Assembly (NCBI GenBank): GCA_050251875.1
Contig: JBFWMA010000006.1
Span: forward strand, 132,024 to 196,023
DNA from: Deferribacterales bacterium
GTDB taxonomy: Bacteria; Chrysiogenota; Deferribacteres; Deferribacterales; Geovibrionaceae
Reading direction: 5' to 3'
Length of the DNA: 64,000 bases
Shown: positions 18,433-29,158 of the stretch, piece after piece
Layout: every line of letters starts with the position of its first letter
Position numbering within the stretch: the stretch's first letter is position 1
Program-made: the position numbers and the translations under genes
Notes under the pieces: model-generated
What the model saw: only the letters and a program-made list of their open reading frames with translations
The model's database searches: none
What the model was told of the DNA's origin: nothing

Positions 18433-21400
18433 ACCTCCCTATCAGCACTGTGAACATATCGATAATCACGTTAAAAGGCACGAGACTGTCGATATCGTTG
18501 CTTCTTACAGACAAGAGGAAACTGTTATAGTTCTCGAAAAAGGTCTTTTCGGACTCCATCAGCTTTTTCAGCCAAGCCCCGTGACCGCAGCATGAGCTGA
18601 CAGCGATCTTTTTCTGAATCTCTTTTATCCTGATGAGCAGGCTCTCCATGTTCACCCGCTCCCACTCTGTTTTTATCTTCAGCGCCTTCATGGCGGAGGT
18701 CATCTCTGTGATGGCGAGCGTTGAATCTGCCTCATAGTATGCTTTCAGAACATCTCTGATATTCGCTCCGCTTCTGAGACATATCTCGAATATATCGAAC
18801 CCCGCCTTGCCGTATCTGATGGCGCAAACCTCTTTCGCCAGTCTGGACGGGATGCCTGCCTCTGTGAACTCCGCAACCATATCGGTGTAGTTCTGTTTCA
18901 GGTCTTTAGACATATAAGACGGAATTAGATGCATGATCTCGTTGAACATCTCTTTGTTCTCCATCAGCGCCGCCGCCCTCTTCTCGTCTGTGACCCATGG
19001 AACAGAGACCTTCATGGTCTTCTCTATTTCCATCAGAGCGTTATAGACCGCCTGAGAATCGGCTGACGCTCCCAGAGCCTCCAGCGACTCCCTGATGCGC
19101 TTGGTGTCCAACAGCGACTCGGACAGCATATATGCATGAACCAGCCTGTTGAGGCTGATGCTGTGGTTTTTAAACATTTCATAGAAGAACACGGGACCCG
19201 CCTGATTGATAAGCCGGTTAACTATCACTGTGGCGGCTATCTCACGCTTAAGGATATGCTCATACAGCTTGTCGCCGTATTTCTCCCGCATATCCGCCGG
19301 ATAGTAGCTCATATATTCTTCCTTCACCATGGGATCGTTCAGATCCAGCCCGGCTTCTATCTCGCCGTAGAGGAATATTTTCGAATAAGCCAGAAGCACG
19401 CACAGCTCCGGTCTGGTGGGGGCTTTTTCGCTGAGCGGAAACTCTATCTTCTCTATGCGGAAGTCGATCAGTTCCCTTTCTCTCAGATATTTTGCGAACT
19501 CACGGTACACCACTGGGTTCTGCTCATATCCTATGAGCGATCTGCTGATGCATCCTGACTGCTGATAGTTGTCCTGAAGCACATGCTCCTCGACAGCCTT
19601 AGTCAGCCTGGTGATATATTTATTTCGTTCCGCTGTGTCCTTCATCAGCCCGTCTTTCATCAGCTGACCGAACATGATCTTAAGGTTGACCTCGTGGTCG
19701 GACATATCCACTCCGGCGGAGTTGTCCAGAGCGTCTGTGTTTATCAGACCGCCGTTCTCGGCATACTCCATCCTCGCCTTCTGGGTGAATCCGAGGTTTC
19801 CGCCCTCGCCCACCGCTTTCGCCCTCAGCTCCAGAGCGGTTATGCGCACGTTATCGTTGGCGGGATCGCCCACCTGGGCGTTGGTTTCGGCGGATGATCT
19901 GACATATGTGCCGATGCCGCCGTTCCACATCAGTTCCGCTTTCATCTTCAGAATTAGATGAACCAGCTCTTCGCCTGTAACATGGTCTCTGTCTGTGTCC
20001 AGCATGGTTCTGACCTGCTGGGACAGCTCTATCTTCTTGGCGGAGCGGTCGAATATGCCGCCGCCGTCTGAAATGATGCTTCTGTCGTAATCCGCCCAGG
20101 TCGCCTGTGTCGCCAGTTTAAAAAGTCTCTGGCGCTCCTTGAAGCTCTTTTCGGCGTCCGGAGCGGGATCGAGGAAAATGTGCAGGTGGTTGAAAGCCGC
20201 CTGCAAAAGTATCTTGCGGGAGAGGAGCATTCCGTTTCCGAAAACGTCACCCGCCATGTCGCCTATGCCGAAGACGGTGAATTCCTCTTTCTGAATATCT
20301 TTGCCTGTCTCACGGAAGTGTCTTTTAACACATTCCCATGCTCCTTTGGCTGTTATGCCCACCTTTTTGTGGTCGTATCCGGCGCTGCCGCCGGAGGCGA
20401 AAGCATCTCCCAGCCAGAATCCCCGCTCCAGCGAAACGGAGTTGGCTATATCGCTGAATGTGGCTGTGCCTTTGTCAGCCGCCACAACCAGATAGGGGTC
20501 TTTATCGTCATATATTTTCACACGGTCTGGATGCACCGCTTTCAGTCCTTTCATGTTGTCGGTGACGTCCAGCAGACCTCTGATGTAGTTCTTATACTGC
20601 GCCACCACGTTGTCTCTGTCCAAGGCTCTGTCCTTGAACCTCTCCTTCACTATGAAGCCGCCCTTAGAGCCCACGGGCACGATAACGGCGTTCTTCACCA
20701 TCTGGGTCTTCACCAGCCCCAGAACTTCCGTGCGATAGTCGTCCAGACGGTCAGAGAACCTGAGTCCGCCCCTCGCCACCTTGCCGCCTCTGAGATGCAC
20801 GCCGTCCATCTGGGCTGAGTGCACGAAAATCTCAAAAAGAGGTCTGGGCTCTGGGATGATATCCAGTTCACGGCTCTTCACCTTGAACGAAATGTAAGGT
20901 CTTTCCGGCTGTCTGTAGTAGTTGGTGCGGACTATTCCGCCGAGAACTTTCAGATAATATCTGAGCGCTTTGTCCTCCGCCACGGACACCACCTGCTCTA
21001 TTTTCTCGTTTATCTCAGCGGCTATGCCTTCATAGTCAGGGTGCTTATTATCCGGATTGAACTTCTCCTCGAACATTCTGACGAACAGCATGGCTATGTC
21101 GGAATTGTTCACCAGAGAGTTGGTAAGGGTCACAATGGTAAAGCTGTTGTCTATCTGCCGCAAAAAGTTTCTGAACGCTCTCAGCAGGCATATCTGGCGA
21201 TAGTTCATGGTCTGGGAGATGGCGAGGCTGTTCAGCCTGTCGTTCTCCACCGTACGGCTGAGCACATGCACCATAAGCTGGGGCAGGTTCTCTTTGTAGG
21301 TTTCGCAGAAATCTTCCGGGCTATCTATGTCGGCGAAATATACGGCATTGATGTATCTGTCGCCCTCATAAAAACTGAACTGATATGTATCCTCTTCATA

Positions 21401-23131
21401 AACCTTCAGCCCGATATTGTCCAGAACAGGCATGAGCTGGGTGAGGAGGAAACGCTCCGGCGAATATATCTTCAGCACGGCACGCCCGTTCTCGCTGTAT
21501 ATTCTCGCCTTCACCTCGGTGAGATGCTCCATCACGTTAATGTCGGAGTAGCTCGCCTCGGGAGTGTTTCTGGCTTTATACGTCCCGGTGAATCTCTCTG
21601 TATATTTATGATACACACGCTCTATGTCGGCGGCGTCCAGACGGTCTCTCAGAAGGTCATAGAGGTTCGCCTCCCATGTGCGCATCATGGAGAGTATGCC
21701 TGTTTTCAGAGCGGAATCATCCACTCTGTCCAGCTCGGCGGCGTCTTTCACATACAGATGGAAATGCAGATAATATCTCTTGTGCTCGTCCTCTCTGATG
21801 CTGGCGTCCAGAAGATCGGCGTTGAAGAATTTTTTCAGATAGTCCTTCATATCCTCTATCAGTTCGGAGGAATATTTATCGGACGGCATGGCGATGAAAA
21901 AGAAAAGGTTGTTCAGCGGTCTGAAATCACGGTAGCAGATGCGTATCTGGTTCGTCCCCTGCATGGAGAGTATCAGCTCCAGCATCTCTATCAGCAGACG
22001 TTTGCTGAAATTAAAAAGCTCCACCTTCGGGAAATCGTCTATGAGCGAGCGTACCCACTTATAGTCGTGCGATCCCTGAACGAAGTTAAAGTGATCGAGG
22101 GTCTCCATCACCTTGTTTTTCACAATGGGGATCTCGTGGGGCTGGCTCTTGCGTCCTTTATAGGTAAAGAGCCCCAGCACGCGCACCACACGGATATATT
22201 TTTCGTGTCTGTCCACGAAGATGATTCTGTTCAGGTGGTTTCTGGTCTTCATCTTTGAAAAGAACAGCGATTTGTCCGCTATGACGGGATATCCCTCCAC
22301 ATAGTTGAACCTGCTCTTTTCAAAATATTCTTCCGCCGCGTCTGTGTCGGGCGGAATGTTCAGTATATTGTATATTCCCAGATCGGCGTTTTTGATGGAT
22401 TTTTCCGTGCGGTCGATATCCAGCACCCGCACGCCCTGAAATATGAAATTATCCTGCATCAACCAGTGGATAAACTTGCTGACTTCCGGTTCGCTCTCTC
22501 TGAACTCTGTGGCGAGGCTGTGCATCAGCTCGCTCATGCGGTGGAAGTCGTCCACGGCACACATGACATTGTCGTATATCTTAGCGAGTTCGGCGCCTAT
22601 CTCTTTCAGCCTGCCGTCCTCGGAGTTTTCCATGAATATGATAAAAAAAGATTCGTTCTTAGTGCCTATCCCCGTGCCGGAAACGCTCACCGGAGCGCCC
22701 GCTTTGTCACGGGTGATGTTCAGGATGGGGTGCAGAATGAAGAGATTTTTAAAATCTATCTCCTGATAATATTCCCACACGCTGTCATAAAGAAAGGGTC
22801 TGTCGTCCGTAACTATCGCCGCCAGACTGAAATTCCCCACAAAAAAAGGCTTGTCGTTCAGATTGTCGGTGACGAGATGAATCTTTTTCTTCTTTCTGCC
22901 GGACAATATCCCGAACAGATATAGAAAAAGCCCCTCAAGGTCTTCGTCAGCGAGAAAACTTAAAAGGTTGGCGGGCATGTGATGAATCATCACCGAAGCG
23001 AAGTCGAAAAATATCTCATTTTCTGTTTTGTATTTTGAAAAAATATCGGTGAGTCTTTTGTTCAGCTGGATCTGCCTGTTCTGTCCGAAATCGTATCGGG
23101 TCACGCAGTTAAACAGAGAGGGATTGAGCAT
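18419..23131 (-). CDS. Large NAD-specific glutamate dehydrogenase
   Basis: 1570 aa; GVHLRGGKVARGGLRFSDR, KNAVIVPVGSKGGF, VAADKGTATFSD, GIGDMAGDVFGNG, DNSAGVDMSDHEVN. Confidence 0.97.
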   Translation of the reverse strand: MLNPSLFNCVTRYDFGQNRQIQLNKRLTDIFSKYKTENEIFFDFASVMIHHMPANLLSFLADEDLEGLFLYLFGILSGRKKKKIHLVTDNLNDKPFFVGNFSLAAIVTDDRPFLYDSVWEYYQEIDFKNLFILHPILNITRDKAGAPVSVSGTGIGTKNESFFIIFMENSEDGRLKEIGAELAKIYDNVMCAVDDFHRMSELMHSLATEFRESEPEVSKFIHWLMQDNFIFQGVRVLDIDRTEKSIKNADLGIYNILNIPPDTDAAEEYFEKSRFNYVEGYPVIADKSLFFSKMKTRNHLNRIIFVDRHEKYIRVVRVLGLFTYKGRKSQPHEIPIVKNKVMETLDHFNFVQGSHDYKWVRSLIDDFPKVELFNFSKRLLIEMLELILSMQGTNQIRICYRDFRPLNNLFFFIAMPSDKYSSELIEDMKDYLKKFFNADLLDASIREDEHKRYYLHFHLYVKDAAELDRVDDSALKTGILSMMRTWEANLYDLLRDRLDAADIERVYHKYTERFTGTYKARNTPEASYSDINVMEHLTEVKARIYSENGRAVLKIYSPERFLLTQLMPVLDNIGLKVYEEDTYQFSFYEGDRYINAVYFADIDSPEDFCETYKENLPQLMVHVLSRTVENDRLNSLAISQTMNYRQICLLRAFRNFLRQIDNSFTIVTLTNSLVNNSDIAMLFVRMFEEKFNPDNKHPDYEGIAAEINEKIEQVVSVAEDKALRYYLKVLGGIVRTNYYRQPERPYISFKVKSRELDIIPEPRPLFEIFVHSAQMDGVHLRGGKVARGGLRFSDRLDDYRTEVLGLVKTQMVKNAVIVPVGSKGGFIVKERFKDRALDRDNVVAQYKNYIRGLLDVTDNMKGLKAVHPDRVKIYDDKDPYLVVAADKGTATFSDIANSVSLERGFWLGDAFASGGSAGYDHKKVGITAKGAWECVKRHFRETGKDIQKEEFTVFGIGDMAGDVFGNGMLLSRKILLQAAFNHLHIFLDPAPDAEKSFKERQRLFKLATQATWADYDRSIISDGGGIFDRSAKKIELSQQVRTMLDTDRDHVTGEELVHLILKMKAELMWNGGIGTYVRSSAETNAQVGDPANDNVRITALELRAKAVGEGGNLGFTQKARMEYAENGGLINTDALDNSAGVDMSDHEVNLKIMFGQLMKDGLMKDTAERNKYITRLTKAVEEHVLQDNYQQSGCISRSLIGYEQNPVVYREFAKYLRERELIDFRIEKIEFPLSEKAPTRPELCVLLAYSKIFLYGEIEAGLDLNDPMVKEEYMSYYPADMREKYGDKLYEHILKREIAATVIVNRLINQAGPVFFYEMFKNHSISLNRLVHAYMLSESLLDTKRIRESLEALGASADSQAVYNALMEIEKTMKVSVPWVTDEKRAAALMENKEMFNEIMHLIPSYMSKDLKQNYTDMVAEFTEAGIPSRLAKEVCAIRYGKAGFDIFEICLRSGANIRDVLKAYYEADSTLAITEMTSAMKALKIKTEWERVNMESLLIRIKEIQKKIAVSSCCGHGAWLKKLMESEKTFFENYNSFLLSVRSNDIDSLVPFNVIIDMFTVLIGRYEKN

Positions 23132-23208
23132 GTGAGCCTCCTTAGATTTTCAAAAATCAACCCTGCGTTAAATAATAAATGGATTTCTTATAGAACTTAT
23201 TATAACGT

Positions 23209-23697
23209 TTAACTTTTTTCTTTCAAGGCAATTTCAATAACGAAAGATGAATCATCCAGTTTGAATTTGACTCCGACACAAATGATATGCGCCGGTCTCT
23301 GTATGGTGTGACCCTTGCCCACAACAACGTTGGGCACGGATATGCTGAATTTCTGACCTTTGTCTGTGAACATTTTCTTTGTGCTTCCGGCGATCATATT
23401 TATCAGCTCGCCGATGGCATCGCCAACGTCTGTGTCCATGTCGTCCTTGTCTTCCATCAGAAAGATAGAGGCGATCTTACACGCCACTTTCTCAGGCAGA
23501 CTCACGGAAACATAGCCCACGACATCGCCCACGATTCCTATCACAGCGGAAACATCGTAATGCAGGTTTTCATCGGATTTGATATAGAGGTCGCCCTTGA
23601 CCGGCTTCAGCCCTGTCATGGTCTCGAAAACATTGATAGTAGAAGCAATAAACGGGTTTACATATTCTGCCTTCACTTCGTCCTCCGAAAACGTCAC
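23209..23697 (-). CDS. cheX: CheX-family chemotaxis phosphatase
   Basis: YVNPFI, DVSAVIGIVG, DAIGELINMIAG, ISVPNVVVG. Confidence 0.88.
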   Translation of the reverse strand: MTFSEDEVKAEYVNPFIASTINVFETMTGLKPVKGDLYIKSDENLHYDVSAVIGIVGDVVGYVSVSLPEKVACKIASIFLMEDKDDMDTDVGDAIGELINMIAGSTKKMFTDKGQKFSISVPNVVVGKGHTIQRPAHIICVGVKFKLDDSSFVIEIALKEKS

Positions 23698-23757
23698 ATT
23701 TAAATTAGGATAAACGAAATATCATTCTATGTCTATTATTTTTAAGGAGTTTATTTT

Positions 23758-24327
23758 TCAGGCTCTGCTCATGGAAATGTTTATGAATTTATTCAGAATG
23801 AGGGCGGTGAGACCCCATATTATATCGTTCTCATATCTATAGAAATGTACTGTCCTGCCCTCGTTCCTTCTGAACCATTTTTCCGTCCAGTAGGTTTTTC
23901 CGCCAGCCAGAAGCTCCATCGGAACTTTATAAAGCCTCTCCACCTCCGACTGCTGAATATGAAATCCGTCATCGCCGGACAGCCCAACAAAAGGAGTGAC
24001 CCTGTGACCCCAGCGGGACAGCTCGTCATCCAGAGCGCCTATCACCCGCACCTTGTCGTTGTGTATTCCGATCTCTTCTCTGGCTTCTCTCAGAGCGGTC
24101 TGAGCCAGAGTGGCGTCCTCCGCCTCTGATATGCCTCCCGGAAAGGAGACCTCTCCGCCGTGATGTTCCAGTGATCTGAGTCTTTTGGTGAGAATTACTG
24201 AACAGCCGTTGCCGGCTTCGGGAACCAGCAGCAGGAGTACGGCGGCGGTTCTGGGTGTTGCCGCCATTACCCTGCGCTTATATGATGATAAAACTTTTTC
24301 TACATGCTGAATCTTGCAGTTATCCAA
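23758..24327 (-). CDS. Nudix hydrolase, CoA pyrophosphatase type
   Basis: HGGEVSFPGG...TALREAREEIG Nudix box; IWGLTA. Confidence 0.9.
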   Translation of the reverse strand: MDNCKIQHVEKVLSSYKRRVMAATPRTAAVLLLLVPEAGNGCSVILTKRLRSLEHHGGEVSFPGGISEAEDATLAQTALREAREEIGIHNDKVRVIGALDDELSRWGHRVTPFVGLSGDDGFHIQQSEVERLYKVPMELLAGGKTYWTEKWFRRNEGRTVHFYRYENDIIWGLTALILNKFINISMSRA

Positions 24328-26950
24328 TAAGTCCGCTCACTATAGATTCCACGGCTGCCACTGCCTCATCCAGTTTTTCCGGATTTTTTCCGCCTGCCTG
24401 AGCCATGTCGGGACGTCCGCCGCCTGAGCCTCCGGCTATTTTAGCCACCTCACGCACCACATCGCCCGCCTTTACCTTGTCCATAGTGTCTTTGGTAACG
24501 CCGCATACGAACATCACTTTTCCATCCGCTGTGGCGGAACCAACCAGCACCACGCCGCTCTTCATGCGGTCACGGGCTGTATCCACGAATTTTCTGACTG
24601 CCTCTGTGTCGGCGTTTTCCAGCTTAACAGCCAGCAGTTTTACGCCCTTCACTTCTTTTATATCATCCATCAGACCTGCTGATCTGCTGGAGGCGAGTTT
24701 ATCGTTTATCTTTTTCAGCTCACGCTCTTTGTCTCTGAGCGCTTCTGATGTCTCCTCTATTCTCGCAACGAGATTGTCGGGAGATGTTTTCAGCAGACGG
24801 GCGCCCTCTTTCACAGCGGAATCAGCCTTCTGAGCGTACGCCACGGCGTTCATGCCTGTCACCGCCTCAATCCTGCGCACACCGGAGGCTACGGAAGCCT
24901 CGCTGACTACCTTGAAGAAGCCGATATCGCCTGTTCTGTCCACATGGCATCCGCCGCAGAGTTCCATGCTGAAATCCTCCACACGGACAACCCTGACACG
25001 CTCACCGTATTTTTCGCCGAACAGAGCCATAGCTCCGGCTTTCACCGCTTCGTCTCTGCTCATATATGTTTTTGATACTTCATCGTTTTCCTGAATACTG
25101 GCGTTCACTATCTCTTCTATGCGGTCGATCTCGTCCGCTGAAAGCTGAGCATAGTGGTTGAAGTCGAACCTGAGCCTGTCCGGAGACACCAGCGATCCAG
25201 CCTGACGCACATGGTCGCCCAGAACGAGCTGAAGCGCTTTGTGCAGAAGGTGTGTGGATGTGTGGTTCTTCTCTGTCGCCTTTCTGGACGCTTTGTCCAC
25301 CTCGGCGGAGACTCTTTCGCCTTTCAGAATCACGCCCAATTCCGCTGTTCCGTGGAGGACTATGAGTCCTTCGCCGTATTTAACGGTTCTGTCCACTCTG
25401 AAAACGGCGCTGTCCGTCTTCACATATCCGCAGTCGCCTGTCTGTCCGCCGCCTTCCGCATAGAAAGGGCTTCTGGCGATGACTATTCCGCATTCGCCGT
25501 CTGTGGTGGGCACTTCTTTGCCGTCTTTAATTATAGAGAGCACTTCTGTGTCCTCACGCAGATTGTCATATCCGGTGAACTCGGGACGTATGCGGCTGGC
25601 GAGCTGGATGTAGATATCGTCAATCCTGTGCTCTCCGCTGCCCGCCCATGATTTTTTCGCTCTGTCCTGCTGGGCGTGCATCTCCTGCTCGAATCCCACA
25701 GTGTCCAGAGCGTATCCGGCGTCCTCGGCTATATCTGTCAGCAGGTCAACGGGAAATCCGTATGTGTCGTACAGACGGAAGATATCCTCGCCGCTGATCA
25801 CTTTATATTCTTTATGTTTTTCGAAGAGCTCGTCTATGATCTTAAGCCCGATGCCCAGTGTTCTGCTGAACGACTGCTCTTCGTTGGAGACTACTTTTGA
25901 TATGAATGGTTTCTTGTCCGCCAGCTCTATGTAGTGTCCTTTCATGAAATCCACCACGAACTCGCACACCTTATAGAAGAATGATGAGTCGAATCCCAGC
26001 ATCCTGCCGTGGCGCATGGCACGTCTCATGATACGGCGCAGAACGTATCCCCTGCCCTCGTTGCTGGGCAGAACGCCGTCACCTATCAGAAATGTGGTGG
26101 AGCGGCTGTGGTCGGCTATAACACGGACAGAGATGTCCTTTTTAGCGTCCTGACCGTATGTGATGCCAGCCAGAGAAGCGATGTGCTCCAGAATAGGTCT
26201 GAAAAGGTCGGTGTCATAGTTGCTGGTGACGCCCTGAACTACAGATGTCACACGCTCCAGCCCCATACCCGTATCTATGCTGGGTTTGGGAAGGGGAGTG
26301 AGCTTGCCGTCAGCGGATTTGTCAAACTGCATGAAAACGAGGTTCCACAGCTCCAGATGTCTGTCGCAGTCGCAGTTGCGGTCGCACTCGGGACGTCCGC
26401 ATCCTGTGCCCTCGCCCTGATCTATGTGTATCTCGGAGCAGGGACCGCAGGGTCCTGTGTCGCCCATGGACCAGAAGTTGTCCTTCTCGCCTCTTCTCTC
26501 TATGTCTTTCTCATCCAGCCCTATGACATCACGCCATATGGCGAACGCTTCATCATCGTCATTATATACTGATACAAACATTCTGTCGGCGGGGAGACCC
26601 ATCTCTTTGGTGAGAAATTCCCATCCGAACTTAATGGCGTCCTCTTTGAAATAGTCGCCGAAGGAAAAATTTCCGAGCATTTCAAAAAATGTGTGGTGAC
26701 GTGATGTCACGCCCACGTTTTCAAGGTCGTTGTGCTTGCCCCCAGCTCTCACTACCTTCTGGCATGTGGCGGCACGGGTATAGCTTCTGGTTTCACGTCC
26801 CAGAAAGGTATCTTTGAACTGGTTCATCCCCGCGTTGGTGAAAAGCAGGGTCGGGTCGTCCAGAGGAACCAGCGATGATGATCCCACCACAACGTGTCCC
26901 TGTTTTTTAAAATATTCGAGAAATTTCTTCCTTATCTCATGACCGGTCAT
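24320..26950 (-). CDS. alaS: Alanine--tRNA ligase
   Basis: DPTLLFTNAGMNQFK, HHTFFEMLGNFSFGDYFK, HTSTHLLH and ELCGGCHV editing motifs, GGGRPDMAQAGG. Confidence 0.99.
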   Translation of the reverse strand: MTGHEIRKKFLEYFKKQGHVVVGSSSLVPLDDPTLLFTNAGMNQFKDTFLGRETRSYTRAATCQKVVRAGGKHNDLENVGVTSRHHTFFEMLGNFSFGDYFKEDAIKFGWEFLTKEMGLPADRMFVSVYNDDDEAFAIWRDVIGLDEKDIERRGEKDNFWSMGDTGPCGPCSEIHIDQGEGTGCGRPECDRNCDCDRHLELWNLVFMQFDKSADGKLTPLPKPSIDTGMGLERVTSVVQGVTSNYDTDLFRPILEHIASLAGITYGQDAKKDISVRVIADHSRSTTFLIGDGVLPSNEGRGYVLRRIMRRAMRHGRMLGFDSSFFYKVCEFVVDFMKGHYIELADKKPFISKVVSNEEQSFSRTLGIGLKIIDELFEKHKEYKVISGEDIFRLYDTYGFPVDLLTDIAEDAGYALDTVGFEQEMHAQQDRAKKSWAGSGEHRIDDIYIQLASRIRPEFTGYDNLREDTEVLSIIKDGKEVPTTDGECGIVIARSPFYAEGGGQTGDCGYVKTDSAVFRVDRTVKYGEGLIVLHGTAELGVILKGERVSAEVDKASRKATEKNHTSTHLLHKALQLVLGDHVRQAGSLVSPDRLRFDFNHYAQLSADEIDRIEEIVNASIQENDEVSKTYMSRDEAVKAGAMALFGEKYGERVRVVRVEDFSMELCGGCHVDRTGDIGFFKVVSEASVASGVRRIEAVTGMNAVAYAQKADSAVKEGARLLKTSPDNLVARIEETSEALRDKERELKKINDKLASSRSAGLMDDIKEVKGVKLLAVKLENADTEAVRKFVDTARDRMKSGVVLVGSATADGKVMFVCGVTKDTMDKVKAGDVVREVAKIAGGSGGGRPDMAQAGGKNPEKLDEAVAAVESIVSGLIG

Positions 26951-26951
26951 A

Positions 26952-27248
26952 TCAGCTCCGTTTCAGAGTATTAAGATACTCTTCCCACTCTATGGGTAAT
27001 AGATATTTTTTTTTGTTGTTACATTCTTTGCAGGCGGGCACGACATTTCCTTTGGTGGACACGCCGCCTCTGGCTATGGGGACTATGTGGTCCATTGTGA
27101 GCTCGGAGGGCGGGAATTTCTGACCGCAGTAATGGCACAAACCTTCTGCCAGCTTGTTTTTCCACCACTGTTTCTGGCGCAGCTCCCTCGCCTTCTCTTT
27201 CTCTTTTCTTATGTGCTGTTCGTCAGCGGAAATGAAGAATACATCCAT
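26952..27248 (-). CDS. Small HNH endonuclease-family protein
   Basis: CHYCG...LTMDHIVPIARGG...NVVPACKECNNKK; start placed at MDVFFIS. Confidence 0.9.
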   Translation of the reverse strand: MDVFFISADEQHIRKEKEKARELRQKQWWKNKLAEGLCHYCGQKFPPSELTMDHIVPIARGGVSTKGNVVPACKECNNKKKYLLPIEWEEYLNTLKRS

Positions 27249-27484
27249 AGTAGCAGGGATTATATATATGTGAGCGATTAATTGCAAGAAGCTATCACAA
27301 AAATAATATATAGAAAAACATGTCGGACTTCTTCTGAAATATATGCGGAGAAGACACGTTTATTTAACTAAAATTTCAGTGATTCTTGACTGAAATATCT
27401 CTTGAACCGCTGATTTTAATATAGTAAGGTTGGGTGTTTGCAAAACCCGTTCCACTTTTTATAAGCATCCATCAGGAGGAGACT

Positions 27485-29074
27485 GTGACTAAAACAGAAC
27501 AGTGCGGACTGGAAGAGTACGGCATCACCAACGTTGCCGAGGTCAAGAAAAATCTCACACCCGCAGAACTTTACGAAGAAATCATCAAAAATGGTGAAGG
27601 AAAAGTCGCTGACAAAGGCGCCATGGTTTGTCTCACAGGCAAACACACCGGACGCTCGCCTAACGACAAATTTATTGTTGAAGAAGAAACCACCAAAACA
27701 GATGTTAACTGGTCCAAAGGCAATGTGCCGATCACAGAGGAGAAGTTTGAAGCTCTCTACGGCAAGCTGAAGGCCTATGTTCAGACTAAAAAACTCTATG
27801 TTCAGGAATGTTATGCCGGGGCTGACCCCAAAAGCAGACTGAAAGTAAGAGTCATCACCGACTCTGCGTGGCAGAACCTCTTTGCCCGCAACATGTTCAT
27901 AGAAGAGACAGACCCCGAGGCTCTCGCCGAGTTCGTACCCGATTTCACAGTTCTGGCTTGTCCCGGATTTCAGGCTGGCGGAGCTGCTGACGGAGTGAAC
28001 AGCGAGGCTTTCGTTCTGCTCAACTTCAAGAAAAAAATGGTTATCATCGGCGGAACAAGCTACGCCGGAGAGATCAAAAAATCTATATTCACAGTAATGA
28101 ACTATATCCTGCCTAAAAAAGGCATCATGTCCATGCACTGCTCAGCCAACATAGGCGCAGACGGCAACTCCGCTCTGTTCTTCGGTCTGTCAGGCACAGG
28201 AAAAACAACCCTGTCCACCGACCCCGAAAGAGCGCTGATAGGCGATGACGAACACGGCTGGAGCGATGAGGGCATATTCAACATAGAGGGCGGATGCTAC
28301 GCTAAGGTTATCAAGCTCTCACCTGTTCAGGAACCCGACATCTACGCTTGTACACAAAAATTCGGTACCATCCTCGAAAACGTTGTGATGGACGATGAGC
28401 GCAAGATCGATCTGGACGATGAAAAATTCACAGAAAACACCAGAGCTTCATATCCTCTGGAGTCCATAGACAACATCGTGACACCCAGCATCGGCGGTCA
28501 CCCGAAAGTGGTTATCTTCCTTACTTATGACGCTTTCGGCGTTCTGCCCCCCGTGTCCAAACTGTCCGTTCACCAGGCTATGTACCACTTCATCAGCGGA
28601 TACACAGCCAGAGTGGCAGGCACAGAGAAAGGCGTTACAGAGCCCAAAGCAGTATTCTCCACATGTTTCGGCGAACCTTTCATGGTTTGGCACCCCAGCG
28701 TATACGCAAAACTGCTCGGCGACAAAATCGTTAAGCACGATGCTAAATGCTATCTGGTAAACACAGGTCTCACAGGCGGTCCTTACGGAGTAGGTAAAAG
28801 ATTCGAGATCAAATACACCCGTAAGATCATCAAAGCTATCCTGTCAGGCGAGATAGACAGATCAGAGTTCATGGCTGATTCCGTTTTCGGATTCGGCATA
28901 CCGAAAACTCTGGGCGACATCCCCGCTGACGTTCTGCACCCCGTGGAGAGCTGGAAAGACAAAGATGAATACATGGAAAAACTTAAAGATCTGGCGAAGA
29001 ACTTTAAGGAAAACTTCAAAAAATATGAGAACATCACATCCGCCGAAATCATAGCCGGCGGTCCGGTGATCTAA
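27485..29074 (+). CDS. pckA: Phosphoenolpyruvate carboxykinase (ATP)
   Basis: TGRSPNDKF, YAGEIKKS, GLSGTGKTTLS, IGDDEHGW, EGGCYAK, ENTRASYP; GTG start after AGGAGG. Confidence 0.98.
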   Translation: MTKTEQCGLEEYGITNVAEVKKNLTPAELYEEIIKNGEGKVADKGAMVCLTGKHTGRSPNDKFIVEEETTKTDVNWSKGNVPITEEKFEALYGKLKAYVQTKKLYVQECYAGADPKSRLKVRVITDSAWQNLFARNMFIEETDPEALAEFVPDFTVLACPGFQAGGAADGVNSEAFVLLNFKKKMVIIGGTSYAGEIKKSIFTVMNYILPKKGIMSMHCSANIGADGNSALFFGLSGTGKTTLSTDPERALIGDDEHGWSDEGIFNIEGGCYAKVIKLSPVQEPDIYACTQKFGTILENVVMDDERKIDLDDEKFTENTRASYPLESIDNIVTPSIGGHPKVVIFLTYDAFGVLPPVSKLSVHQAMYHFISGYTARVAGTEKGVTEPKAVFSTCFGEPFMVWHPSVYAKLLGDKIVKHDAKCYLVNTGLTGGPYGVGKRFEIKYTRKIIKAILSGEIDRSEFMADSVFGFGIPKTLGDIPADVLHPVESWKDKDEYMEKLKDLAKNFKENFKKYENITSAEIIAGGPVI

Positions 29075-29096
29075 TCTGAACCATTGAATAATAAAC

Positions 29097-29131
29097 GGGT
29101 CTGTGTTAAATAAAACACAGACCCTTTTTTT
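29097..29131 (+). terminator. Intrinsic terminator after pckA
   Basis: GGGTCTGTGTT-loop-AACACAGACCC followed by a T run. Confidence 0.88.
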
Positions 29132-29158
29132 CTTTATTCTGACGCACAGGAGTTTCAT

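Noticed and set aside
20819..22258. Long antisense ORFs (479 aa here; also 12048-13295, 17317-18372, 32081-33106, 4153-5313)
   Set aside because: Each lies opposite a well-supported gene and has no recognisable motifs; these are codon-bias shadows.
26952..27248. HNH gene as a mobile or defence element
   Set aside because: Small HNH type with host-like composition, separated by 1 nt from alaS, with no mobility signatures.
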